The notes under the pieces are model-generated. The model saw only the letters and a list, made by a program, of their open reading frames with translations. It had not been told where the DNA came from and did not search any database. A stretch of DNA of 62,994 bases, counting the filler, from Vannella sp. (lineage: Eukaryota): assembly GCA_023345925.1 (NCBI GenBank). It is 7 parts of 7 records of this genome, joined end to end, with 100 filler letters (N's around TTAATTAATTAA, not from the genome) between each part and the next. Parts side by side here need not be neighbours in the genome. Positions count along the whole stretch, not along the records: positions 6,594 to 28,573 come from JAJQQN010001185.1; 6 more parts are not named here. One strand, given 5' to 3'. Both the position numbers and the translations under genes were made by a program. How positions within the stretch are numbered: position 1 is the stretch's first letter; each line of letters opens with the position of its first letter. Below, piece by piece: positions 11,501-20,483 of the stretch.

Positions 11501-12824
11501 CGGAGATGTCCACAGTGATGGTGGATACGACAGTCACCGACAGGACAACCGTTCCGTTGGCATTCAACAAGACGACGAGACCGGTGTAGTTGGGCAAGGC
11601 GCTGTTCAAGAAGGTGGCTTTGCCGAAAGCGGGCATGTTCGCTGCCATGGCGATGACTCCGGAGGACAAGACGGCGACTCCACGGACGGAATCCGAAGTG
11701 TTGAAAGCTCCCAAGTAACTGGAAGCCAAGAAGCCGTCTTCCTCCACCTTGGCGGTGTAAGGGAAGCTGAATCCTTCGAATCCGTTGTTGTCAAGACCGG
11801 CAGCAGTGACCTGGTAGGTGCCCACGGATCTAGGGACCCACAGAGCAGTGTACGGATTGGTTGAGGTCTTGCTGAGGAAGGTGTTGTTGGCAAAGAACGA
11901 AACGGAGGAAACAGTTCCGTCGTAGTCAATGCTCGTGGCAGGGATGTTAACAATGGCACCGACAGCATAAGTCGTGGGAGCCTGAGCTGCGAAGTTGATG
12001 CGGGTGAAGGGGGCACGATTGGAGTCTCCAATCACCCGTACCTCATCGAAAAGGAACTTGGGCGAACCAGAGGTGTTGGAAGCGTGGTAGAAGGTGATGT
12101 AGTAGACGCCTGTTGCGGGGACAGTGAAGTCAACAGCTCGTACTTTGATGTTCTTGTCACTGAACTTGACAAGGACATCCAACAAGGGAGTGCCGGGGAC
12201 GCTTGGACTCGTTCGGATCTCCGCGCGAAGAAGGCCTCCACCGCCTGAAGAGTCCGTACGGAACTCCAAACGATAAGGGGTGTTGACAAAGTAGGCGACT
12301 GGGGGAGACGCGGCCCAGTTGCGACCAGGCTCGGAGTTTTGGATCCAAACAGCGGCTGTTCCACCAGTAGAAGAGTTGGTGTAGCCACGATCAGACTTCC
12401 TCCAGGTCTGAAGAGTCCAATCGGCGGTGTTCTCCAAGTCCCAGTGAACGTACTCCTTCTGGGTGCCGTCGTTGAAGTCGACAGTTACTTGGCGCCCAGA
12501 GAGAGTAACGTTGTTGCCTTTGTCGTTGGTGATGATGGCAGTGAGAGCGTACACACCAGGAAGCATGCGTGCCCATGTGAACTTGTAAGGCGCGGTGGTG
12601 GTTTTGAAGATGAGGTTTCCGTTCGCGCGGAACTCGACCAGTTTGATCGTTCCATTGGAGTCGGAGGCGGTGATCTCCAGAGAGGTGGATTGAGTGCTAT
12701 CTTCCGTTTCTCGCAACACAACGGGTCCAGAGGGAGATATCCAGGAGCCAGTGGGAGACTGAGAGAGAACAAAGTGGACCACAAAAAGAAGGATCCACGT
12801 TCGACAGAGGATCGTGCCAACCAT
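8514..12824 (-). CDS. Large secreted/GPI-anchored surface protein: 2 bacterial Ig-like domains, CBM-like and beta-propeller-like region, furin-like Cys repeats, Pro-rich stalk
   Basis: Intronless ORF. Signal peptide [37 protein letters not shown]...APYKFTW and [14 protein letters not shown]...NPYTALW (Big_7-like); CPDGTY...[11 protein letters not shown] (furin-like); PNPV repeats; hydrophobic C-terminus. Confidence 0.8.
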   Translation of the reverse strand: MVGTILCRTWILLFVVHFVLSQSPTGSWISPSGPVVLRETEDSTQSTSLEITASDSNGTIKLVEFRANGNLIFKTTTAPYKFTWARMLPGVYALTAIITNDKGNNVTLSGRQVTVDFNDGTQKEYVHWDLENTADWTLQTWRKSDRGYTNSSTGGTAAVWIQNSEPGRNWAASPPVAYFVNTPYRLEFRTDSSGGGGLLRAEIRTSPSVPGTPLLDVLVKFSDKNIKVRAVDFTVPATGVYYITFYHASNTSGSPKFLFDEVRVIGDSNRAPFTRINFAAQAPTTYAVGAIVNIPATSIDYDGTVSSVSFFANNTFLSKTSTNPYTALWVPRSVGTYQVTAAGLDNNGFEGFSFPYTAKVEEDGFLASSYLGAFNTSDSVRGVAVLSSGVIAMAANMPAFGKATFLNSALPNYTGLVVLLNANGTVVLSVTVVSTITVDISVDAEDNIYLACGPDGLLKLNSAADTLLWKKNFTKNVHRVDTTPSGYTAILTSPLSDYDSVKSVSVTIWVFDTNGTQVGSFGGPTNFNRDVCIDEVTETVVVLGHRNYRTLGEVNGDVLPVDVPAYRGTTFNGTFKYLGYEWSSNSSSPSWLNKYDNNMADTRGSRCSFGKDGNLYMLFSVAGGNHPLRYDPFNLTRKVPIVGGDTYANFANTGTEIKTVVIRYEAATGNFILGQQLTARLASTKGNTIAPTYGNLAIDRYGQVLVVTATAYGVPISKEYLGGNYLGGAYFVLFSQDLSRRILATRLTDGGIARCAAFADDGTFVVAGDTQSPLWTKNALAEKDPDARNDNTNPLVFDAWFAVHKPITNLCNPNGPTPYLNRSGVCSSSCGSGEIAFQFQCLSACPDGTYKDGNTCLKCAFSCLSCIGTGKDQCLSCPSQAYLLPNTANSTNSTGECRLACPAGSFADAPTRTCLVCDPTCTTCDGPLASDCTTCAQPWVSQGISPVVEGVPKVDYFFNQEAICVPSSGSLCVPEGATLKGTVVKRFVAEAVASCLRCTEGKPVLFSANVTVELNVTDTAFELASFVSPDITNAFQRAAIDLYDAFLDQIDKQIEDEFALRLTQSLQSICDGNPPPYSITVNLKDTMPPKGQQSTKVCQLDEYSSYWTPAVRSSSAPRRCICDSIGAGATTAACQAATGNSSSLCHPNYCSPVAASDFAVLITLNKTYSSFSHADLMEALQVIVPKVIGDLSNVRIQLRTAVVRAGEPRSVVLLVKSVNVAETFALLSQGEAGNLTFAAPVISVVPQNKPANSPSVTVTITPTLSVAVAPSGSPLPLPSASVPASPAPLATPSVNVPASPLPIPSASGSGSPIQASVLVVFVSVANPIPNPVPNPVPGPNVPVPNPVPNPVPNPVPAPNPVPVPVPNPIPVPNPVPVPNPVPVPNPVPVPVPNPVPVPNPVPVPNPVPVPGVNADSNNAGKLLPCFFIAAALALFM
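8590..8852 (-). repeat. Coding tandem repeat, about 14 x P-N-P-(V/I) with PV spacers
   Basis: Repeated gggaacgggatt / gggactgggttc units translating to [10 protein letters not shown]... Confidence 0.95.
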
Positions 12825-13490
12825 GAAAAACAAGAAAGAAGTGAAAATAGTCGAGAGAAGCAAAGTGCACACCGGACCTTCCACTTGTCCAATGAGACGC
12901 GAGCAGCCTCGCAAGAGAGCGATCTGATTCGTGGTGGGAGTCTTCCGTATTCCTCCTTCGTTTCCGGAGATCTTATTCTTTGAAGCATCGGTCATCAGTC
13001 GACTTATCGCTGGTTTGAAGTGGCGGGTCGTTGCTAGAGGTTGGATTTCATCTCGAGGAATAAAAAACTCCCACTTGCGGGTTTTGGTTCCCACCATACC
13101 AGTGGCCAGGCAGTCTGGTGACCCATTTCGTCTTCCTCTCCTGTTGTTTGGCTCACGCTTCAAGGCGTGCTCTTTCAAAGGTGCTTATTTGAGCAGGAGG
13201 GTCTACTCTTAGTAAGGGAGCTTAGGGCGCCTCATCTTTCCTTTCACTCCAGGCGAACAAGGTGGAAACCAACGGTATCGGTATCCTTCTCGCATAAGAG
13301 TCCTTGATCAGTGAACTGAAGATGAATCTATCAAGTTCGACTGATGTTCCACAACCAGATTCGCACAACTGGCGCAGGGAGTTCCCCAAACCAAATGAAA
13401 AAGTTTTCTGATGCCAGGCATTCACGGTTCCCCATCAAATAAACAGATTTTATTTATGATTTAAGTGGTTAATCATTTATTGGTGGCGGG

Positions 13491-13735
13491 ATGGTGAAGA
13501 AGATCGCTCGTCTGGCCATCCGCCTCGTTAGCATGGCGGGGACTGGGTTCGAGTACATCACTATGAAGAACCCAAAGAACACAATGTGGAAACTGCGTCT
13601 GGTGAAGTACGATCCCGTGCTTCGCCAACGGGTTCTTTTTAAGGTGGGACTGCATTGTAATGTACTCTTCTTATCACTCACACTCAACAGGAAGAGAAAC
13701 TTAGCCGAAGAAAGGTACACAAACGCACTCGCTAA
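13491..13735 (+). CDS. MRPL33: Mitochondrial ribosomal protein L33 (bL33m), intron 13644-13690
   Basis: IRLVSMAGTGFEYITMKN...KLRLVKYDPVLRQRVLFK|EEKL... with a 47-bp GT-AG intron. Confidence 0.93.
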
Positions 13736-13810
13736 GGTTCTGCAGCAACCGCAGCCCGGTTCTGTCATTCAACTTCAAGAAGTGTCCGATCGAAGTATAC
13801 AGCTGTATTA

Positions 13811-15205
13811 CTATAAGCCATGTTTCCGTAACCATGAAGTGATAATACGAGAGCTCTCTCTCAGCGAGAGCCGAGTTCCCCAATGGAAAGGTTCACGATG
13901 AAGTTGCTGCTCTTCATACAGGGCCCACTTGCGGTGATCCTCCGGTGAACTACCATCACAAGGATAACTAAGGGAAGGGCTCTCGCTTGGAAGGACCTTG
14001 GGCATCCGCTTTACTCGGAAGCAGCCAGAGTCGCAAAGGGTATGAGCCAGCAAGTTCACGTCGCCAAGTATCTCCGAGGCCGAGTGGAAGGGCCACCCAT
14101 GATAAGAAGACTGGTCATCGGGTAGTGGTGGCTTGATCTGGTTCTGTTCAAAAGCCAGGATAGTCTCAGCACAGTCGGAGAAATGGCGAACGTTGCGGCT
14201 GTCGAACTCAACGAGGGTTTTGTTCTTCTTCTCTTCAACTCGAAGGCCCTCTCCATTCTCAATGATTGGTCGAGGGTAACGGTGGACTAAGCAGTCCATG
14301 ATCTTCTGCAAGACCGTCACAGCAGGGTGGATACATTCAACCTGTCGTGCACGTGGCCAGTGAAGCTTCTTAGCCTCTGCTGAGTCTCGCAGAGCCTCTT
14401 CCGCGTAGGAAGAGATGTCTCTCTTTAACAGGAGCTGGTTGGCGATGGCAGCTCGTCGCCAGAGGCCTGCTCGAAGCGCGGTGTTTGATGAGTTGACCTC
14501 CAACAGCACCTCTGGGAAGAAGCTGTTCTTCTCAACAGCAGAGTAGTGATCTGGAAAGCAAGGTTCGTATGATACCCAGAAGGTGGCGTTGTCGTACTGT
14601 TCATTGAAGAAGAGATCCGACTCTTTGCCCAGGCGGACCTTCGTGCCTGGTATGTTTCCCTGCAGGGCGCTCTCGAGGCGGATGAACCACTCCTCCTTTT
14701 GAGTGATCGAGCTCCGTCGATCTATGGAGAGAAGGTAGCGTAGGTGGCGGCGAAGAACGTGGTGGTTGAGTTTCGTGATCGAAAGGTCGACGTCCTCAGC
14801 GGATCGTTGCAAGGTGCCGAAGCCTTTGGCAAGTGAAGTCCCTCCTTTGAGTTCCATACCCATTCCTAGCTGCTGCAGAGCCCACAGAGTCACCGTGAGG
14901 AAGTAATCCTTCTCGAGATGCTGCCGAGGGATGCCAGAAGCACTCTCTGCGTCCACCATCAGCTGATGAAACGTATCTCTAGGTAATGAGATATGAGGAA
15001 GCTTCCCTCCATCCACTAATGACGATCGTCGCGGATTCAGGCGGTTCTCTTGTCCAAGCTTCTTGTTCACCGCTTGCAAAGGGGCACGAGGCTTCCCAAC
15101 ATCTTGGAGGGGTGGTTTCACTTGGTTTCCTTCCATAGCTGAGCTCAAAACACTCCAAGGATCACTCTTTGCACTCAAAGAAGCCATTCCTCGGCAGCCC
15201 TTCAT
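13811..15205 (-). CDS. AbiEii/AbiGii-family (type IV TA toxin-like) nucleotidyltransferase with N-terminal extension
   Basis: GIPRQHLEKDYF...LWALQQLGMGMELKGGTSLAKGFGTLQRSAEDVDL (EKD, KGGTSL, R-x-x-EDxD motifs), VLLEV, CIHPAVTVLQK, VRHFSD. Intronless; ATG at 15205 or 15187. Confidence 0.88.
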   Translation of the reverse strand: MKGCRGMASLSAKSDPWSVLSSAMEGNQVKPPLQDVGKPRAPLQAVNKKLGQENRLNPRRSSLVDGGKLPHISLPRDTFHQLMVDAESASGIPRQHLEKDYFLTVTLWALQQLGMGMELKGGTSLAKGFGTLQRSAEDVDLSITKLNHHVLRRHLRYLLSIDRRSSITQKEEWFIRLESALQGNIPGTKVRLGKESDLFFNEQYDNATFWVSYEPCFPDHYSAVEKNSFFPEVLLEVNSSNTALRAGLWRRAAIANQLLLKRDISSYAEEALRDSAEAKKLHWPRARQVECIHPAVTVLQKIMDCLVHRYPRPIIENGEGLRVEEKKNKTLVEFDSRNVRHFSDCAETILAFEQNQIKPPLPDDQSSYHGWPFHSASEILGDVNLLAHTLCDSGCFRVKRMPKVLPSESPSLSYPCDGSSPEDHRKWALYEEQQLHREPFHWGTRLSLRESSRIITSWLRKHGL

Positions 15206-15428
15206 CCTCACCAGATAGCGGCAAATGACAAATCTTTTACAAAAAGACAGTTCAGCCTTGGTTTGATGATCAAACTGTCGAGTTGACCAAGGCGGAAGGG
15301 CTCTGTTGACCAAGAAGGACCAAGAGAAGTCCGATCGGAGTTCTGAGAAAGAATGGCGATCTCCGAGCCAATGAGGAGTGGGTGGCTACGTAGAAGAACG
15401 TGGACGAGGTTTGGTCTGTCATTCTTAC

Positions 15429-18400
15429 ATGGCGGCCCTTGGATCATTTCGCGACGCGACTGAGTATGCCGAACTGCTCCCTGAGGAGATCAGAAGCCTC
15501 TTGTTTGGTGACGAAGCTTTTAGTCGTTTGGAGCAGCTCGACTTTGTGCTCGATCCGCTTCAAGCTGATCTGAATCACGGTGCATTTGGTGCTGCTTTTG
15601 GTGTTTGTATCAAGGCGGCCAACCTTCTCCGTGAGCTCTCCGAGCGTGATCCCGCTCTCTTCTTCGACAAGCTCGTTTGCCCTCTCCTTCGTAACACATT
15701 GGACCAATTGGAGCGCCTTTTACGTTCACCTAACGTATTCCTCGTTCCCAACCTCACTATTGGGCTCAGGACCCTGTTGGAGAGCCTCATAACGAATGAC
15801 ATTCGCACCTCTGGACAATCTCCCCGCATTGCCCTCCTTGAACCATTCTATGGCGCTAACCGGACTCTTATCAAAGACTTCCTTCCTTCTAAGCGATTCA
15901 GCGACCTCCAAGTCACCACAATTGCGCCAGGAATGTTCGAGGAGTCTCCTGAAAAGATTCTGGCCGATCTGGAGGCCAGTTTCGCCAGCCAGCCCTTCCA
16001 ATACCTTGCGGCCGACCACGTTGCATCTCAAAGCGGTCGTGTTCTACCCCTGACCGAAGTGACGGAGTGGTGCGCGAAGAAGAAGGTGATTTTGATCGTG
16101 GATGGCACCCAAAGTGCTCAGCTCTCTTTGGACGTGTACCCGCCTTACTACCTCTTCTCTACGCACAAGTGGCTCTGCAACGTGAAGACCTGTGGCGTGA
16201 TCCGCTGTGAAGACGGTTCTCAACTGCCAGATCCCGTCGGAATCTCTTTTGGGTACGGACGAGAGCCCCGCTCCGCTCACTTGTGGCAAGGTATGCAAGA
16301 CTACATCCCTCACATCGTTCTGGCGCTGGCCCTCCGCATCCACGCCAAGCACGGCAAAGAGATTCAAGAACGCGCCTCCACTCTCCTCAGTTCCCAGTTG
16401 ACCAAACTCGGACTTCCTGGCCTCCTTCCCGAGGTTTCTGGGGTCAAAAGGACGATGAACATGATCCGAGTGAATCGCTTTGATGACCTGGCCATCGAAG
16501 GAAAGTCCCTTCAAGATGCGTTCGAGATGAGGAAGATTCGCGTTTCCGTCAAGAACTTTGAAGGTGTTCAGTACTTCCGACTGTCAGCCTTCCTTTACAC
16601 TACTCCTGATCACTTCCTCCGCCTTCGAGATGTTCTGGACTACAAAGTCAACTACCAGCACATGACAAAGGAGATTCTGACCCACGAGGTCATGACTTCG
16701 GCCCGTATCTACGAAGCTCTCTTCGAGCCCTTGACCGAAGAAGCTTTCTTTGTTCGAGCAGAGCCTTTGAGACATCCACTTATCTTCTACTATGGACACA
16801 CAGCGGTGTTTTACATGAACAAGCTCGTCCTCCAAGGATTCTTGCAAAGCAAGGACCGCTTGGACCCACTCGTCGAGAGCGCTTGCGCAGTGGGAGTGGA
16901 CGAAATGAGTTGGGACGATCTCAGTGAGAAGAGTTACCCGTGGAGCGACCCAACAGTGAGACCGGGCTTCCTCCAAAAGATCCGCCTTTACCGCCAGAAC
17001 TTCTTGAAACTGGTTTGTGGTTTAATAGACGCATACGACTGGTCTGTTAAGCCAAACGGTCTCTCGCAAATGGATCTCCTATGGACTGTCCTGATGGGCG
17101 TTGAGCACGAGCGAATCCACTTGGAGACATCCGCAGTTATCATTCACCAGCTCACTCCCGAGTTCATCAAAGAGAGCGCCATCGTGCCACAGCTTCAAGT
17201 CTGCCCATTCCAAACGCACAGTGCCTCTGATGTACCCCAAAACTCCCTGATTCCGGTTGCGGGTGGCCAAGTGACATTGGGACGTCAAGATCGGGATCAA
17301 CCTGGCTTCTATGGATGGGACAACGAGTTCGGAATGGAGAGAGCAACATTAGAGCCTTTCGAGGTCAGCCAAATGCTGGTGAGCAACGCTGAGTACAAAC
17401 AATTCATTGACGATGGCGGCTACCTCAGGCCAGAGTACTGGACAGAAGACTCTTGGAACTGGGTCACAAAGAAAGGAAGAAAAGGGCCGCTCAACTGGGT
17501 CAATGGAGGAGAAAAACTGAGAACCCTCTTCCGAGAGATCCCAATGGCTTGGGATTGGCCTGTGGAAGCGAATGCGTTGGAAGCAGATGCGTTCTGCCTT
17601 TGGAAGTCTCAGCAATTGGAAAAGAAGGTGCAGCTCCTCTCTCATGAAGAGTGGTTCCTTCTCCGCAATCGATTGTCCAAGCTGGACTACAACTACCAAA
17701 TCGGACATTGGGGAAGCCCTTGTCCAGTCAACAAGTTCGGAGAAATTGCGAACGCTCAGGGTGACTTCCTCTACGATGTTACAGGCAATGTCTGGCAACA
17801 CAGCCGAAGTGTATTGACTCTGTTAGAGCACGGATTTGCCACACATCCCGCCTACGAGGACTTTACCACTCCCACTATCGACGGAAAACACTATTTCCTC
17901 CTTGGATGCTCGTGGATCTCCTCTGGCAAATTGACCTACACAGAAAGCCGTATCGGCTTCAGAAAACACTTCCAGCAGTTCAGTGGCATTCGATACGTCG
18001 TCTCCAACAACAAACACCACGAAAAGGTTAGCCCTTACTTTGTTCGCAGGGAGGATTGCGTTCCCATCACAGACCACTTCCTTGACTTCACTCGCTCCAC
18101 CTTCTTGGAGCATCAACCTGAGCCCAATTGGTTCCGTTGGTTTGGAAAGTGTGCCGCTCAGTTCCTTCCAGAAGGCAGCTCTGATATCTCTGCTGTTGTA
18201 GTGAACGGGAGCGTTGGTCGACAGACCCTAGAGTTCGTCCACGAAGCCAAACCCGGACAACTCAAAAGCGTGGTTCATACAGATCTTAACGCACAGCGCT
18301 TGATGGTCTTGGAGAGCCTGGTAAGCTGCAATCTGATCCGCTGGGACCAGTTCCTGGAAGGTGACTTGGTCGAGAATCATTATTTCAATCTCACTGAAGA

Positions 18401-19448
18401 GTCTCTGAAGCTTCCAGAGGATGTGGAGGTGACTTTCCGATACTTGGATCCTTCCAACGTGGACCCCAAGTTCTACGACCACGACTTTGCTATCGTTGAT
18501 GGAGACGACGACCGTCTTGCGTCGCCAGAACTCATCTCACCTTTGCTTGTCCGGCCTGGGGGTGTCTTAGTCCTGGCGACAATCCAACGAGTTGAGTCTC
18601 TTACTGGATATGAAAGTGTGAGAAACGATATCTCCTCCTGGAAGATCACCCGCGATACCGCCAGGAAGAGCAGAGTTGCTCTGATGCATGTGTCGGTGTG
18701 GCGACGAACAGAGTCACTTCCAGTGAACGACGAGTCCTCTCGAGTTGCAGAGAAGCCAGCGACAGTGAACTTTGGAGCCGACTACTACGAGAACCAAGCG
18801 ATTGTCGAAAGTTATGACAAGTTCCACTTTGGTCCCGGATTCTTGGGAGTGCCTAACTTTAGCAAGGCTGTCGCAGACTTTGCTCTTCGGATCTGTGAAC
18901 AGTACGGCACTCCTCATGGGCGTGCATTAGACATCGGAAGTGGTCCTGGCCGAACAGCCATTGAACTCACTCCCCGTTTCCAGCATGTCACGGCGATTGA
19001 CTTTAGCGTGGCCTTCATTGACCTCTGCGTCAAGAGGGCACCGGAATACCCCATCCCAGAGAGCCATGAACTCCGAGCCATTGTCGGAGACGCTCACGAC
19101 TTGGTGTCAGAAGAGCCTTATGACCTCGTCGTTGCCGTCAATCTCATCGACAGGATGGAGACTCCTCAAATGTTCTTGGACGGAGTCAAGCCACTTCTCT
19201 CGGAAAAGGGAATTCTCATTGTCACTTCGCCTTACACTTGGATGGAGAAGTTTACGGACAAAAGCAAGTGGCTGGGCGGTTTCCAGAAGTGGGGAGAAGT
19301 TCATACCACCTTGAGTGGGCTGCGCGAAGCCCTGGCTCCTGAATTGGAACTTCTTGGGGAGCCAGAGGACATTCCTTTCGTCATTCCCGACGCCGACGGC
19401 GCCTTCCAGTACACACTCGCCCACGCCAGTGTCTATCGCCGATCTTGA
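15429..19448 (+). CDS. ovoA: Multifunctional ovothiol synthase: PLP class-V C-S lyase + 5-histidylcysteine sulfoxide synthase (OvoA) + two methyltransferase domains
   Basis: Lyase: LNHGAFGA, DHVASQSG, IVDGTQ, STHKW. OvoA: RHPLIFYYGHT, VGVDEMSWDDL, MGVEHERIHLETS, YGWDNEFG, GNVWQ, HPAYEDFTTP, RKHFQQFSGIRY. MTase: RALDIGSGPGR, AVNLIDR, SPYTWMEKFT...WLGG. Confidence 0.93.
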   Translation: MAALGSFRDATEYAELLPEEIRSLLFGDEAFSRLEQLDFVLDPLQADLNHGAFGAAFGVCIKAANLLRELSERDPALFFDKLVCPLLRNTLDQLERLLRSPNVFLVPNLTIGLRTLLESLITNDIRTSGQSPRIALLEPFYGANRTLIKDFLPSKRFSDLQVTTIAPGMFEESPEKILADLEASFASQPFQYLAADHVASQSGRVLPLTEVTEWCAKKKVILIVDGTQSAQLSLDVYPPYYLFSTHKWLCNVKTCGVIRCEDGSQLPDPVGISFGYGREPRSAHLWQGMQDYIPHIVLALALRIHAKHGKEIQERASTLLSSQLTKLGLPGLLPEVSGVKRTMNMIRVNRFDDLAIEGKSLQDAFEMRKIRVSVKNFEGVQYFRLSAFLYTTPDHFLRLRDVLDYKVNYQHMTKEILTHEVMTSARIYEALFEPLTEEAFFVRAEPLRHPLIFYYGHTAVFYMNKLVLQGFLQSKDRLDPLVESACAVGVDEMSWDDLSEKSYPWSDPTVRPGFLQKIRLYRQNFLKLVCGLIDAYDWSVKPNGLSQMDLLWTVLMGVEHERIHLETSAVIIHQLTPEFIKESAIVPQLQVCPFQTHSASDVPQNSLIPVAGGQVTLGRQDRDQPGFYGWDNEFGMERATLEPFEVSQMLVSNAEYKQFIDDGGYLRPEYWTEDSWNWVTKKGRKGPLNWVNGGEKLRTLFREIPMAWDWPVEANALEADAFCLWKSQQLEKKVQLLSHEEWFLLRNRLSKLDYNYQIGHWGSPCPVNKFGEIANAQGDFLYDVTGNVWQHSRSVLTLLEHGFATHPAYEDFTTPTIDGKHYFLLGCSWISSGKLTYTESRIGFRKHFQQFSGIRYVVSNNKHHEKVSPYFVRREDCVPITDHFLDFTRSTFLEHQPEPNWFRWFGKCAAQFLPEGSSDISAVVVNGSVGRQTLEFVHEAKPGQLKSVVHTDLNAQRLMVLESLVSCNLIRWDQFLEGDLVENHYFNLTEESLKLPEDVEVTFRYLDPSNVDPKFYDHDFAIVDGDDDRLASPELISPLLVRPGGVLVLATIQRVESLTGYESVRNDISSWKITRDTARKSRVALMHVSVWRRTESLPVNDESSRVAEKPATVNFGADYYENQAIVESYDKFHFGPGFLGVPNFSKAVADFALRICEQYGTPHGRALDIGSGPGRTAIELTPRFQHVTAIDFSVAFIDLCVKRAPEYPIPESHELRAIVGDAHDLVSEEPYDLVVAVNLIDRMETPQMFLDGVKPLLSEKGILIVTSPYTWMEKFTDKSKWLGGFQKWGEVHTTLSGLREALAPELELLGEPEDIPFVIPDADGAFQYTLAHASVYRRS

Positions 19449-19764
19449 TTCCCTTCTTCATTTGAACCTAACTGTAACTCACTCACTTCCTTCCTGCCTC
19501 ACTGTCTAAAATAAAGAGGCCTCCTAATTCCCTTTCCCTTCCATTCCTCTGAGAAAGTCACGAGCGGCGTGTTTGAAGCACCCAAAACTAAAAAAACGAA
19601 ATCAGGCCAAAAGCTTATTCTGAAGAGATGGAGGTCATCAGGACACTCTACGCAAACACGAGTTTTGGAACCCTCTTCCCCTTCGCTCGAAAAAAGCTGA
19701 GTGCGGAAGATGACAACGAGGTCCATTGATTTGGAGCAAAAGAAACATTTCTACCAAAGAGGAG

Positions 19765-20350
19765 ATGGAAGGAGAGCCGACAGCGCAAGAGAGTCTCTTT
19801 CGAGCGGCCAAGACGGGTCGATTTGAGGACTTTCGGGCGACTCTGTTTGAGTCTAAACTCAGATTGAATGTAGTGGATGGTATTGGCAACACCCCACTTC
19901 ACTACGCGGCAGCGGGAGATCATCCGGCCATTTGCAAGTTCATTCTCACCACAGACCCAAAGGTCATCAACCTCACCAACAACATTGGAGATACCGCTCT
20001 TCATAAGGTAACACTGAGGCGCTACCACTCCTCCTGTACGGGAGATTGACTTGGTTCAGGCTGCGGGAAGGGCAAAGCCTCAAATGATGGAGATTCTCCT
20101 CTCCTTTGGTGCTGACTTGGACCTGAAGAACAACGATGGTCTTCGTGCACAAGATGTTGCCCAGGCTTCGCCCCACGCAGACCCAAAGTCCATCGAGTTG
20201 CTCACCCCAGTGGCCTCTCTCGGAGGTTTGGCAGTCCCTTTCGTCTCTGACAGCTTCCTAACACTTTCCAACATAGGGTACTCCGATGATGATGACATGA
20301 ACCCCTTTGCTGATGATGGAGAGGAAGAAGAAGCGGAGGATTCCGAATAA
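19765..20350 (+). CDS. Small ankyrin-repeat protein with acidic tail (introns)
   Basis: DGIGNTPLHYAA, NNIGDTALHK|AAGR, GADLDLKNNDG. Confidence 0.88.
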
Positions 20351-20483
20351 GTCTCGTGGTGTTCGTTGTATACACGCTCTCATCCCTCTCTGCATTGCTA
20401 GTCTGTCTTCCCGAGTGACTTGGTGGTTAGAAAGTCCTTTACTTCCTCTTCGGTTGGTCCAGGACCTTCCAGACCTGACAAGC

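Noticed and set aside
12825..13178. First 118 aa of the 1554-aa ORF
   Set aside because: Begins at a non-ATG codon; the ATG at 12824 gives a proper signal peptide.
13736..13901. Long C-terminal extension of L33 in the ORF track
   Set aside because: Read-through of the 13644-13690 intron; the spliced gene stops at 13735.
15429..19448. Ergothioneine (EgtB/Egt1) or selenoneine synthase interpretation
   Set aside because: GVDEMSWDD, HERIHLETS, YGWDNE and the C-terminal SPYTW-type MTase are OvoA-type; no EgtD-type domain and no selenium-pathway genes nearby.
13811..19448. Bacterial contaminant contig
   Set aside because: The same contig carries spliceosomal-intron genes immediately on both sides, with no operon structure or linker in between. 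Read-level confirmation is still advisable.
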